NCBI RefSeq assembly: GCF_001194135.2
Contig: NC_068984.1
Location: forward strand, 97,367,154-97,412,255
Reading direction: 5' to 3'
Length of the DNA: 45,102 nucleotides
Source of the DNA: Octopus bimaculoides
Taxonomy: Eukaryota
Shown: positions 1-11,589 of the stretch, piece by piece
Position numbering within the stretch: the first letter of the stretch is position 1
Layout: each line of letters starts with the position of its first letter
The notes under the pieces: generated by a model
Told to the model about the DNA's origin: nothing
Databases searched by the model: none
What the model saw: the letters and a program-made list of their open reading frames with translations, nothing else
Translations under genes and position numbers: made by a program

Positions 1-399
1 TCTTGTGCGGGTGACGCATGAAATTATTCGAGTGAGTTTGTTGCCAGTGCCCCTGAACTGGCTCTTGTGTGGGGTTGTTGTAGGATTTTCGAGCGAGATC
101 GTTGCCGGTGCCCCTGGGCTGGCTCTTGTGCAGGTGACACATGAGATTTCTAGAGCGAGATGAGCGTGGCCGTTGCCAGTACCGCCTGACTGGCCTTCGT
201 GCGGGTGACACGTAAAAGCACCCACTACACTCTCTGAGTGGTTGGCGTTAGGAAGGGCATCCAACTGTAGAAACTCTGCCAAATCAGACTGGAGCCTGGT
301 GTAGCCATCTGGTTTCACCAGTCCTCAGTCAAATCGTCCAACCCATGCTAGCATGGAAAGCGGACGTTAAACGACGACGACGCCGACGATGACGACGAT
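1..399 (+). mobile_element. 3' end of an RTE-associated retroposon (LINE 3'UTR or partner SINE) with ~60-70 bp internal subrepeats and a (GAC/GAT)n tail
   Basis: About 3.5 subrepeats start with gttgccagtgcccc...ggctcttgtg. The element ends catgctagcatggaaagcggacgttaaacgacgacga; the same terminus recurs at 44114-44170. The subrepeat end (ggc..gtg..ggtg.catgtaaaa) resembles the end of the RTE 3'UTR at 14690-14713. Confidence 0.65.
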
Positions 400-685
400 T
401 TACTTCCTGCATGTCTGTGTATATGTATTTATGTATTTTCATTTTTTCTTTCATTTTAGTCCATTTTTCTATGCTTGCCCTTTCTGATACAAACTCTTAT
501 TTCCTTTTCCAAGTAAAGGATAACATATTTTACAGATTTCATCAATTTAAAAAATGGAAACAAACATATGTGTGTACACTCACATTAACATACTCACACA
601 CATTCATGTATATGTATGCACATTTTATAAGTGTATGTAAATATGTATGAGTGTATGTGTGTGTGTATATATATATGAGTATATA

Positions 686-743
<58 letters not shown>

Positions 744-796
744 GAGAGAGAGAGAGCGGGGAGAGTTATGTCTATAAATAAATGTATATGTGTATG

Positions 797-827
<31 letters not shown>

Positions 828-834
828 GAATGCA

Positions 835-1460
835 CACCCAAACAGCTGTTTTATGGTGAGCATGCAGAGAGGAATTACTATCGGTGTAAATCTAAAAAGA
901 TGTTTAAGGACAGCATAAAAACTACCATAAGTTATTTGGAATGGATCCAGAGGACATAGAAATACTTGCTTCAGATCAAGCTGGGTGGCGAACAAAAGTG
1001 TGGAGTGGAGTGAAAGCATCTGAAGAGACCAGGATATAACACATGCAAGACTCAAGAGAGATTTAAAGAAGAATGTTACAATCGAGAAGGTGGATCACAA
1101 TGACCTATTTGTGTGCACAGTTTGTGACAGACCTTGCCTTTCTTTTGCTGGGCTCAAATCTCATTTGCAGACCCATGCAAAATGGAATTCCACCATTTAT
1201 TCTGCCTATATGTCTGTGCGCACCTTTCAATGCCTTGTATGCCATAAGGTCTGCAAATCTAACAGAGACCTCAAAATACATTTTAAGATGCACAAAGATC
1301 AGAACTTAACTGCAGCTCTAGATAGTCCAAATCGGATATGCAATCTAAGTGTCTTTTCAATACATTGTCTGGTTTAAAAAGCCACACCAGATGCCATGAT
1401 GGATCTAAGGTGTAGGCACAGGAGGTGGTCAGACTCTACATAAGAAGTAAACAACCACCA
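835..1460 (+). mobile_element. Degenerate RTE-clade LINE ORF2 C-terminus and 3' end with three C2H2 zinc fingers
   Basis: Across frameshifts it reads PKQLFYGE...FKDSIKT, LASDQAGWRTKVWSGVKASEETR, CTVCDRPCLSFAGLKSHLQTH, CLVCHKVCKSNRDLKIHFKMH and a frameshifted ICNL..FNTLSGLKSHTRCH. These are typical RTE C-terminal motifs. Confidence 0.75.
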
Positions 1461-1474
1461 TATATATGTGTGTA

Positions 1475-1828
1475 TTGTTTCAGTCATTTGATTGTGGCCA
1501 TGCTGGAGCACCACCTTTAGTTGAGCAAATCGACCCCAGGACTTATTCTTTGTAAGCCTGGTACTTATTCTATCAGTCTGTTTTGCCGAACCACTAAGTT
1601 ACGGGGACGTAAACACACCAGCATCAGTTGTAAAGTGATGTTGGGGGGGACAAACACAGACACACAAACATACACACATATACATACATATACATGTATA
1701 CGATGGGCTTCTTTCAGTTTCCATCTACCAAATCCACTCACAAGGCTTTGGTCGGCCTGAGGCTATAGTAGAAGACACTTGCCCAAGGTACCACGCAGTG
1801 GGACTGAACCTAGAACCATGCCACTCCT

Positions 1829-1832
<4 letters not shown>
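1475..1832 (-). mobile_element. tRNA-derived SINE, family 1 (head has a ~30 nt internal deletion)
   Basis: Reverse complement of the + copy at 44761-45102. The segment tggttggtaagcaagctacttaccacacag is missing between gaaccatg and ccactcctgcgc. Confidence 0.85.
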
Positions 1833-1884
<52 letters not shown>

Positions 1885-2024
1885 TTATATATGTATGTAT
1901 ATATATATGTGTGTGTATACCTACCTACCTACCTAAACACCCACCCACCCAACTACCTACCTACCTTCCTACCTACCTACCGACCTACCTACCTACCTAC
2001 CTACCTACCTAACTATCTATCTAT
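1833..2024. repeat. Compound microsatellite (TA)n / (CTAC)n / (TATC)n
   Basis: Directly visible tandem repeats. Confidence 0.95.
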
Positions 2025-4356
2025 CAGGTCGTCCAGATCGTATTTAGATAGAGTATTCTGTAGGACAGTGGATAGGGATAGTGTAGGTTGTTCACAATTT
2101 CACATAGTCAGCTGCACAGATCACAAATTCGTTACTTGTACGCTCAATGTGTATTTCCTGGTGTGACAGGCTTACAGAGACTAGATTAACACATTAGTTA
2201 AAAGGGTGTTAACAAAGGCCTTCGTCATCAATAAATGATGGTTTGTCCTAAAGAGATCAATCAAAGCAGAATTGATTAAGGTATAGCAAGGCTTTAGCAA
2301 TAGACCGAAATAGAATAGAGGGAAATTTAGTGAAGAAATTAGAAAAGGCACTTAAAACTGGCATGATGTCCAACTTGCTGCCTGTGAGGTTGGCCCTCAA
2401 CCAACACTTCAATGCCAAACACGAGGGGTTGTGTTGTCAGAGCTAGGATGCATACTCTGAGAAACAAAGGAATTGCAGCCACCTTAGAAACCCGGGTGGC
2501 GGAGGCGCAACATGGCAACAAAGCCACGATTCAGTTTCTGATAGATGAACAGGGGCGTGCATTACTCAAGCCCGAAAGGATGTGTGAGGCCTTTCAGCAA
2601 CACTTTGCCTGACTGTTCTGGACGACTGGTGGGTCAGAACACAGGGTAGACTTTAGTGCCTACCTGCATGGCCTGCCACGTCTCTTGGCAAGAGAGGCGT
2701 AGTGCTGTGAAAGACCCATCACAGCCGTAGATGTATGGAACACAATGGTAGGCTGCGCGAGAGACAAGTTGCCAGGCTTGGATGGTCTGCTCTATGAGTT
2801 TTATTGTCATATGCCAGACCTGTTTGGAGAAGTCTTGGCAACAGTCTACTGCAACTGGTGGCATAACAGGAGTATCCTCAGTTTCATGAGTCAAGGAGTG
2901 GTGACACTGCTAAAGAAAGATTCAAGCAAGGGGGATGTTATAGATAATTTCAGGCGCATCACTCTGCTCAATGCAGATTTGAAGATTTTGGCCAAGGTGC
3001 TAGCTGAGAGGTTGGCACTTGTCATCAAAAAACTGGTTGACAAGGCACAAACATGTGCCATGCTGGGCAGGAGTATCCATGACAACCTCCATCTGATGCA
3101 CTACATCATAAATAGGGTAGTTAAGGAACCTGGCATGGGTGAGATGCTGATCAATTTGGATCAATTGAAAGCTTTCGATAGGGTTGACCATTGTTACTTG
3201 GACGCTGTCCTTAGAGTGGCTGGTTTCAGTCCCGTCTTGCACAGTTGGATTGCTGCTTTATACAGCGGCATCTGCTCAGTAGTTTGTGCAAATGGTCATC
3301 TATCTAGACCATTTAACATCTTATATTCGGTCTGTCAAGGATGCCCCCTCTCTTCGCTTCTGTATGTATTGACTCTAGAGCCACTACTGCAGAACCTGGT
3401 GATGCTGAGGGGCATCCCATGAGAACTGGGATGCAGAAGGAGCATGTCTGCATACGTGGACGACATCACTATCATAGTGTCAAGCCACAGGTATATTAAA
3501 TTGGTTGGCGAGACACTAAAAGACTATGAAGCGGTAACGGGAGCGAAAATTAACCTGGAAAAATCAGTGGGCTTGCGGTTCAGCATCTGGAGAAGCAAGT
3601 CCATGCCATCCATCAGTGTCCATCATGGGACACTGGACTGATGGACTGGTTAAATTGCTTGGTTTCTGATTCGGACCAGACCCTAAAATGGAGAAGAACT
3701 AGGACGAGCATAGTAACACCATGAGCGTTACTATGCTCTCGAGTAACTCTGCTGTCTTGGACCATAGCTGCTGTTACATGTGACATGAGTTCAGTTGTTG
3801 GCCAAGTCTATAGTAAATATTGCCCTACCACCTTCCTTTGACTGGGAAGGCAAGGCAATTTTCATTGCACTGGTGGCTATGGTGAAAGAATGTATATGGT
3901 GGGCTCATTTGAAAGGTTTACAGGCAAGCACTTTCCTCTCTGGCCAATCGCTCATCAACTTTTTCAAGTACCATTTGAAAAGGAGGGTGAGAATAGAGAG
4001 GGAAGCTTTGTGTCATTAAAGATTTAATAAAAGATGGGTGAAGTCTGTATGAGTGAATGATGAAACTTTGAGCATGACCCTGTAAATCCAAAAGAGGGAG
4101 AGAGAGAGTGCTTTGCTCTCGTGTGTTTCTTTCCCTGCCTGAGGTCTTTTTCGTAGGCTTTTCTTTCCACAGATAAACCTAATCTGTATTATATTTTTAC
4201 TCCCTCTTTTGAGGTCTCTATTATGAACAAAACATTGTTATTTTGCTGTTTATACAGCAAAAATCCCTTTTGATCATATTTTTTTCTTTCAAAAAGAAAA
4301 GTTCTACATTGTATTGTCCCCTCTGTATTCGGCCCTGCGTGGGTAATAAAGAAATC
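2025..4356 (+). mobile_element. 5'-truncated Tx1/L1-clade LINE: AP-endonuclease C-terminus, reverse transcriptase, C-terminal region and 3'UTR (pseudogenised)
   Basis: EN end: SRSYLDRVF...TDHKFV. RT motifs: PGLDGLLYEFY, NFRRITLLNADLKILAKVLAERL, QTCAMLGRSIHDNL, LDQLKAFDRVDH, QGCPLSSLLYVL, AYVDD. C-terminal FNKRW. AATAAA at 4345-4350. Several stops and frameshifts. Confidence 0.9.
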
Positions 4357-5350
4357 TATGTATGTATGTATCTATCTATCTATCTTTCAAAATAGTTAAA
4401 GAGAAAGAAATTATGCGTCTTCGTTCACAGTTCAGCACGCTTCTCGCTTGCTGCTGGGCCGATAACAGCAAATTATATATAGAGAGAGGGAGGAGCAGTT
4501 AAAAAACTTATCTCCATGCGTGTTGAATGATCAATGTTTAAGTAAAACATCGACAATTCTCCTTGATATGAAATGATGTAAGGCGGGCGAGATGAATTAA
4601 GTCTATTTTAAGGTTAACATGGTTAATACAGGACTAGTTTCATGTTTATATACATAATTTGCGGCTATCGGCCCAACGGCAAGTTAGAAGCATGTTGAAC
4701 GGTGAACAAAGAAGCCTCAAACCCTAAATGCAAACCTTAATCAAAGAAATATAAATTTTGAATTATCCTGTTCTGTTATGGATACAGCCACTCCATATAG
4801 CCATAAATAATCTCTCTGTAGATTATGTGTAAAAAAATCACTATATATTTTATAATATAAACAGGATAATTTACTTAATTGTCAATCTGAAGCATTATCT
4901 ACATGCCGACACTGTTTTTATAAAACTTATAAATTTTATCAGAAATCAATAAAAAATATCTCGCAGTGTTAGCTTAACATCATATGATTACATTTAGGTA
5001 ATAAACCATCTATTTTTCAATTAATAAAAATAATTATTATAATTGTTCCCCATTAATATTTCTTAAATTGGACACTATATATTCATTAGATATTACCTGC
5101 TCATTAAATAAATGTTTTGGTTGTACTCCCATGACATCTGAACTTCCAATCTTCCAATCTAGACACTATCCATAAATTTATTCTCCTCTAAGTCACCTAT
5201 TTAACAATAATTATATTTGCATATAAAAGCTAAACAATACCTTAACACATTAATACTATTTATACCTCTTGCTACTACTACCTCAGTTACTATCATACCA
5301 ATATAAAAGCGTATATTCTCATACTTTGTATCTTTACTGTTAACATCTTA

Positions 5351-7076
5351 ATTTTGGAATTTTTCTGGAGATGGATGTTTTTTTTTCACCATGAGTTAAA
5401 TTGTTAATACTGTTAACTGTTTTGTGTCTAGCGACACATTGTTTTGTTGCCTGCGCCGGCTTTGTTGATGCTTTTTCCACCTGTTTGAAGTGGGGAAGCA
5501 CGGTAATGGAGGCGAAATATGAGAATGTTAGCTCCTCAGACTTGACGTTGCCTGAGGAGGAGCTGCTGAAAAGATTAAAAACAATTGATGACATAAAGGA
5601 AAGGAAGAAGAGTTTTGTAGAGGCAGCTGAAGGTAAAAGTGAAGATGTGTGCATTGAGAAAGAGGAATTGGAGAGATTCAAAGGAATGTTGAAGAGGGAG
5701 GAGCATGATGTAAAGGTGCCCCCTCCCAGTGAGACTACAAAGCAAGTCAAGGAGAGAGTGATAATTTACAGGGCATACAGCCTGAAATTGCAGTGAATTG
5801 AAATTGCAACTAGGGCTCAGGTAGATAAGGCATTACAGCCAATTTGGCAGGAGGTAGCAAATCTTGCAAGAGGCAGAAAATATGTGACGGTGGAGGTACA
5901 GTTTGTGACAGAGGTTTTGACCAGGCAGCATTCCGTAACTTCCCTCAAAGCAGACAAGGTGATCCTTCTGCCCATTTACCTGGAAAAGTGTGCTTCCAGA
6001 GTAAGGGTAGAGGAGATCCCTCCAGAGGTGAATGCTGCCTGGCTGGTGGCTGCCATCCTGTTAGTGTTGGAAGAGAGAGTTGTGGTCCTCCAAGCCAAAT
6101 GCGTTCCACAAAGGAATTGGCAAGGGCAGGGCCTGGAAATGATAATCCAGGCTATCCCAGAGGACTTGGAAAAAATGGTGGAGACTATCACAGTAGAAGA
6201 AGAGGTGAAACTAAGAGTTGTGGTGGAGGGCAGGATGCCCCAGTGTTTTAAGTGTGGCTAAAAAGGCCACATAAGAGCAGAATGCCCTCTGCATAAAGGC
6301 ACCAACACAGGAAATCACACCTCCACCTCCTGCAACATCATGTAATGCGGTAGTGTGTGAGGAGGTGTTGGATAAGGAGGAGGAGACCCAAGAAGCAGAG
6401 GAAAAAGAAGAATGGAGTACAGCGACCAAGAAAAGGAAAAGAAGGAAATGAAGAACTCAAGGTGAAAATGTGAAACACCACCCTACTTCCACCTGACTCC
6501 CACCCTACCCCATGCTGTCTCACCCTCTCCTGGCAGTCACCAACCCTCACCCTGCTCCACCTGACACAGACACAATTACAGACACACAGGAACCTGAAAT
6601 TCCCCAATCCCCACCCCAAAAAGATTTTTAAAATGTATGGCATTTTATATAACAATCGATTAAAAGAGGAGATAAATTCTCCAGTGTCAGGGGATGTATC
6701 GGAGTGTGAAGGATGGCCTGATTACATCAAATGTGCCATAATGAGTGACAAAGATCGGATTGGACTGAAGAAAAGGTACGGGACGGAGATTGTGAACTTG
6801 GAGAAAGAGATTGATATAAGTAAGTTACCACCAACAGTAGCCTTTCATAAACTTTAACATGAGAATGTTTAACTGTAATGAATAAATGTTTTAAAGATTG
6901 TGTTAAAAGAGTTAAATGAGGTCGCTTAGATTGTGGGGTCAAGTGGTCTTCATTCCATTTTCCATTATTTATAACCATCTCTTTCATTCGTTTTTATTTT
7001 TTCCCCACTTATATATTTGTCTGTCCTTGTATTGTCCCTCTTCGTTTAGTTCCTTGTGCGTAATTAAGAATAAATC
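5351..7076 (+). mobile_element. ORF1-only non-LTR element, copy A (gag-like ORF1 with CCHC knuckle, ATG ~5506 to stop 6857, disrupted)
   Basis: ORFs 5401-5796 and 5884-6261 are in the same frame, separated by one TGA. The knuckle reads CFKCG*KGHIRAEC, followed after a frameshift by EWSTATKKRKRRK and a Pro-rich tract. A ~220 bp 3'UTR ends in AATAAA (7069-7074). No EN or RT sequence is present. Confidence 0.75.
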
Positions 7077-7094
7077 TCTACTGTTAACATCCTA

Positions 7095-8308
7095 AAAGGG
7101 TTTCCCCAGTGGTTAGTGTTATTTTTGAAAGTCAATGTTGAAAAGTGCTGTTATTATTGTTATATATTGTTGAAAATTTTTGTGTGAGCATTTTGTTTTG
7201 TCTGCCTTTCGGCAGATTTATTAGTGTCCCGCCCCCCCTGATTTGAGGGATTAAATGTTAGTGTTTTCCCCCCTGATTAAAGGAGAGCATTGTGTTATTA
7301 TGCATTCATATTCCGACATAGAGTCCTTTGAGGAGGAATTGTTGAGATTCGTTGATAGCATCAACAAGGAGATGGGAGGAAAGAGTTTTGCAACAGTGAC
7401 TGGTAATTCGAAAGAGGAGGTGCAAATAAGTAAGGAACAGCTGGAGAAGTTCAAAGAATTAATAAAAAGAGAAGCGCATGAAATTTCTGTGACCCCACCA
7501 AAGAAACAATTGTGTATAAAACGTTTGGTTTGGAAAAGAAAAGGATAGAGATTGTATCAAAGGAGAAGATAGGGAAATGTCTGAAAGACATATGAAGTGA
7601 CATTACATATGTTACCAGAGGAAGTAAGTATGCCACAGTGGAGGTGTGGTTTAGAACAGAAAAATGGGCCAAGTATTATTCTATGGCCTCCAGAAATACG
7701 GCAGAGGTGGTGCTCCTCCCAACTTACCTTGGGAGATGTGCTTCCAGGGTAAGGGTGGAGAAGATGCCGCCGGAAGTAGAGGTTGACTGGAATGTGGCAG
7801 CCATTATAATGGGGATGGAGGATAAAATCTCCATCCTCCAAATTATCAAAGTCCTGCAACGTAACTGGCAAGGACAAGGGATGATCATCCAAGCCACATG
7901 AGAAGTGCTAGAGAATGTAGCTGAGACCATTTGGATAGGCCAAGACAGAAAATTGAGAGTGTTAGTGGAGGGCAGGAAACCACAATGTTTCATGCGTGAT
8001 CAGAAAGGCCACATTAGAGCAGACTGCCCTCCACTACCGGCAGAAACACCACTAGTTGGCCCCGGTGAAAAAGTAACCGCACCTCCACTGACTGAAGGAA
8101 CAGAAAAGGTGGAGGAGCAAGAGACAGAGAATAGCGAGTGGTCTATGGTGACAGGAGGGAAAAGAAGAAAGAGAAAAAGTTCACCACCCAAGGACTCCAG
8201 TCCCCACCCTTCTCCCACTCCAGTCCCTCTAATCCCTGCTTTATCTAGTTCTTCCAATGCAGACACCAATCCCCTTCCTGCCCCACCTGCCACTAATCCC
8301 AACCCTGC
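7095..8308 (+). mobile_element. ORF1 element, copy B (diverged paralog of copy A; 3' end lost in N gap)
   Basis: Shares motifs with copy A: EEELL, SF...G.S.E.V.I.KE.LE.FK...KRE.H, ASRVRVE..PPEV, QRNWQGQG, KLRV.VEGR.PQCF..QKGHIRA.CP, EWS.VTGGKRRKRK and a Pro-rich tract. Confidence 0.75.
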
Positions 8309-8581
8309 NNNNNNNNNNNNNNNNNNNNNNNNNNNNNNNNNNNNNNNNNNNNNNNNNNNNNNNNNNNNNNNNNNNNNNNNNNNNNNNNNNNNNNNNNNNN
8401 NNNNNNNNNNNNNNNNNNNNNNNNNNNNNNNNNNNNNNNNNNNNNNNNNNNNNNNNNNNNNNNNNNNNNNNNNNNNNNNNNNNNNNNNNNNNNNNNNNNN
8501 NNNNNNNNNNNNNNNNNNNNNNNNNNNNNNNNNNNNNNNNNNNNNNNNNNNNNNNNNNNNNNNNNNNNNNNNNNNNNNNNN
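8309..8581. other. Assembly gap. Other large N runs: 14739-15661, 26173-26650, 28784-29586, 33282-33586, 38383-38468. 10-N gaps at 13968, 27901 and 38756
   Basis: Runs of N. The long poly-X ORFs in the supplied track are artefacts of these gaps. Confidence 0.97.
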
Positions 8582-11508
8582 NTATTTATATATATAGTTA
8601 TGGTATATTCTGTTAAGAACGTAATAGAGTAAAGTATAAAGCTCATCTACCTTCAGATTTACCCTGTGCTATCCAGTAGTAGTATTATACGTACTTCCAG
8701 GTTTGCATTTGGGCATCTGTCGTATGTGAATAGGTAATTGAAAAAATTGGAAACAACAAGAAGGAGAATGGTTGAACATTTACTTTTTAACCACTACAAT
8801 TGTTTTGATGCAACATAGTTTTCTAGGTGTACAGGTACTTGATTATGCAACTATTTCCTTGCATTATGAGATGTGTTTCCTCAGGTGATATGGGATCTAG
8901 TTAAACTGATTCACAAAATATACATTTTTAAAAGGAAGTAAAAAATCTGAATATCAGCTATAATAACGTAGTTTTCTAGTCTTATTGCTGGAGAAAAAAA
9001 ATTGGAGGAAAAAGTTACAGAGGTTTAAAAATCGGAAAAACTGTATTTTTAGCCAATAGCGAAACAGAAATTTTCTGCGTTTAGCAGAGCGGTGTCAACT
9101 TTAAGGTTGTACCCTGTGAAATTTATAGTTTAGCATCTGTGAAATGACCTGTTCGTTGTAGGTTTCTAAATAAACAGAAATACCTAATTTCATTGTAGGT
9201 TTCTAAATAAACAAATACATAATAAAAATCAAAATGAATCATCTTACTGTTTCTTTTGTCTTTTCATTGATTGTATGTTTTTATTATTTTAATTTGTTAT
9301 ATTAAACATATTTGCCTGCATGTGTTTACTTTATGCGTATTTCAGTATTATGTATACCTGTTATGTGTTTGTGTACATTATTAATATATAAGTGTGTGTG
9401 TGTGAAAAGGGGGCATCAGTCTTCAAAACTCCAATGTTGAGTAATGGTTTTATGCTTGGATTTGTAAACTACGATAAGAATAACACTAGTCAACAAAGAA
9501 TTTGTCCCAAGAAAAAGAATACTTGTTTCTTATATGTTTTTGCATGCAGAATTCAAAAAATAATGTCAAATTATCTGTATCACCCACAGTTTCTTTGTTC
9601 CACGATATACCTCTCAGTTCCTGTACATGGGCTAAATTCCAGTTCAGCTGTGAAAATGTGAAGCTAACGATTTAAGAAATACTCCTAATTTAAGTATTTA
9701 TGAATAGAATTAGCCTAGTGAAATCATAAACCCAGCTGAGTCAATGAGTCCCTGAAGCTTGGCAATAACTGAGTCAATGACTCACCGATGCTTTGTCAGT
9801 AATGTGCTTGAATTGTAGGTGTGTGATTGTATACTAAGGTCACATATTCCATTTACCTTCATAATGCCAAGAAACTGTATAAACATCATAAACAACTTTT
9901 GCTATATTTACAGTGATTTAACATTCAAGTTACAAAACACGTGGGTGAAAAGAATCTCATGGTGTGAAGAATCAACACAGAACAACGCGTGGCACAGACA
10001 CAGGTGAAGTGAAACATAACACAGCATGTGGTTCTTATGGTAACAAGCTACTAATGCCACACTATCTGTTGATTGACTAAAATTACCCAAATTTCCCAAC
10101 TTTAATTCCAAATAACATCAGATTCTATAATTTACGAGATAAAGTAAATTGGTTGATCGTAATCAAAATTCAGAGTTGCATCGATACACCAAAATTAAAA
10201 GCAATCTGAGCAAAATTAAAGGGAGTTCATTTTGTGAATGAAACTAACTAGATCTGTGATATATAAATATTGTCTCTGCAAGTTTAAAATTCTCGGCTTC
10301 AAGAATATCCTGTCCATCTGTTGTGGTCTGAATTTAGTAGTAGCCACTGAGCTAGCTTCTCAGGGTGTTTTGTTGCTGAAGGGCTGTTGAAAAACTGCTT
10401 TGAACATGTAGCTGTAGTGGGATGGTGATTCTGGTACTGTTAAAGTGGTTGCCATTTTAAAGTAATTGGTATTTTATTTCTTTGTACTGTTGATTTGTTC
10501 TTCATGATTGATTACACATGTAATTGTTCTTAGCTGGTCTTTAAGATTCAACGCTCGGGCTGATACACGCATACACATGCACATGCATGCACATACATAC
10601 ATATATATATGGAACCAGACTAAGGTGTCAAACCTCTAATTACCCAAGAACATATGTGGAAATGACCTCCATATTTTATGACCCATATTCTACAATACAT
10701 AAAACTGCAAATAACCAACACATGAAATAGAGAAAACAACCATCAACCCATAATTTCAAACACTGTAGATGGATAAATACAAAGGAAAAAAGACATGAAA
10801 GACAAATAACATACAGACAACCACCAACCCTTAATAATATGTACCCTAGATGGATGAACACATGGGAAGAAAGACAAATAAAATACAGACAACACAGGAA
10901 CTATAATATGAATAATAATTATCATGATAGCTCAAGCAATCCATGATTTATGACCCAAAATCCCATATATCCTGAATGGCGAAAAAAGCATGGAAGGTGG
11001 GAAAAAAACAAAACCTATAACCAACAGAATTCATATAAAAGACCTGAACCATCCTCCCACCTACATGGGAACCAGAACCCTGAAATCAGAAAATGGAGAA
11101 ATGGTAACACAATTCCTTCTTTTTCTGCCAGCTCGTCCCCTTCAGACAGATATCTATCTATCTGTCTGTCTGTCTGTCTATCTGTCTGTCTGACTGTTTA
11201 TCTATTTATCTATTTTTCTATCAACCTATCTACCTACCTATCTTTCTATCTATCTATCTCTAGTGTCATGGTACCTCACCAAAAAAAGCAAAAACAATGT
11301 TCTCCTCTTCTAAACAACCCCTACCCCACAAAAAGCATCTGTTTTATATAAATGAACAAGTTGTTTGTACATTCACAAAATTCTATTTGACAAGTTTGAG
11401 AAACGAACAAAAGCGTTAATAATAATGAATAAATAAAAAGATTTCTTTCCAAATTCTGGTGACCTTTTTTTATCAATATTCAATATCTGTACACCACACC
11501 TAACACTA

Positions 11509-11579
<71 letters not shown>

Positions 11580-11589
11580 GTAAAAATAT

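Noticed and set aside
411-1055. ORFs rich in [12 protein letters not shown] here and throughout the window
   Set aside because: They are translations of (TA)n and (CA)n microsatellites with no coding signal.
1090-1377. C2H2 ORF as a host zinc-finger gene
   Set aside because: It is continuous with RTE ORF2 C-terminal motifs and disrupted by frameshifts, so it is a LINE remnant.
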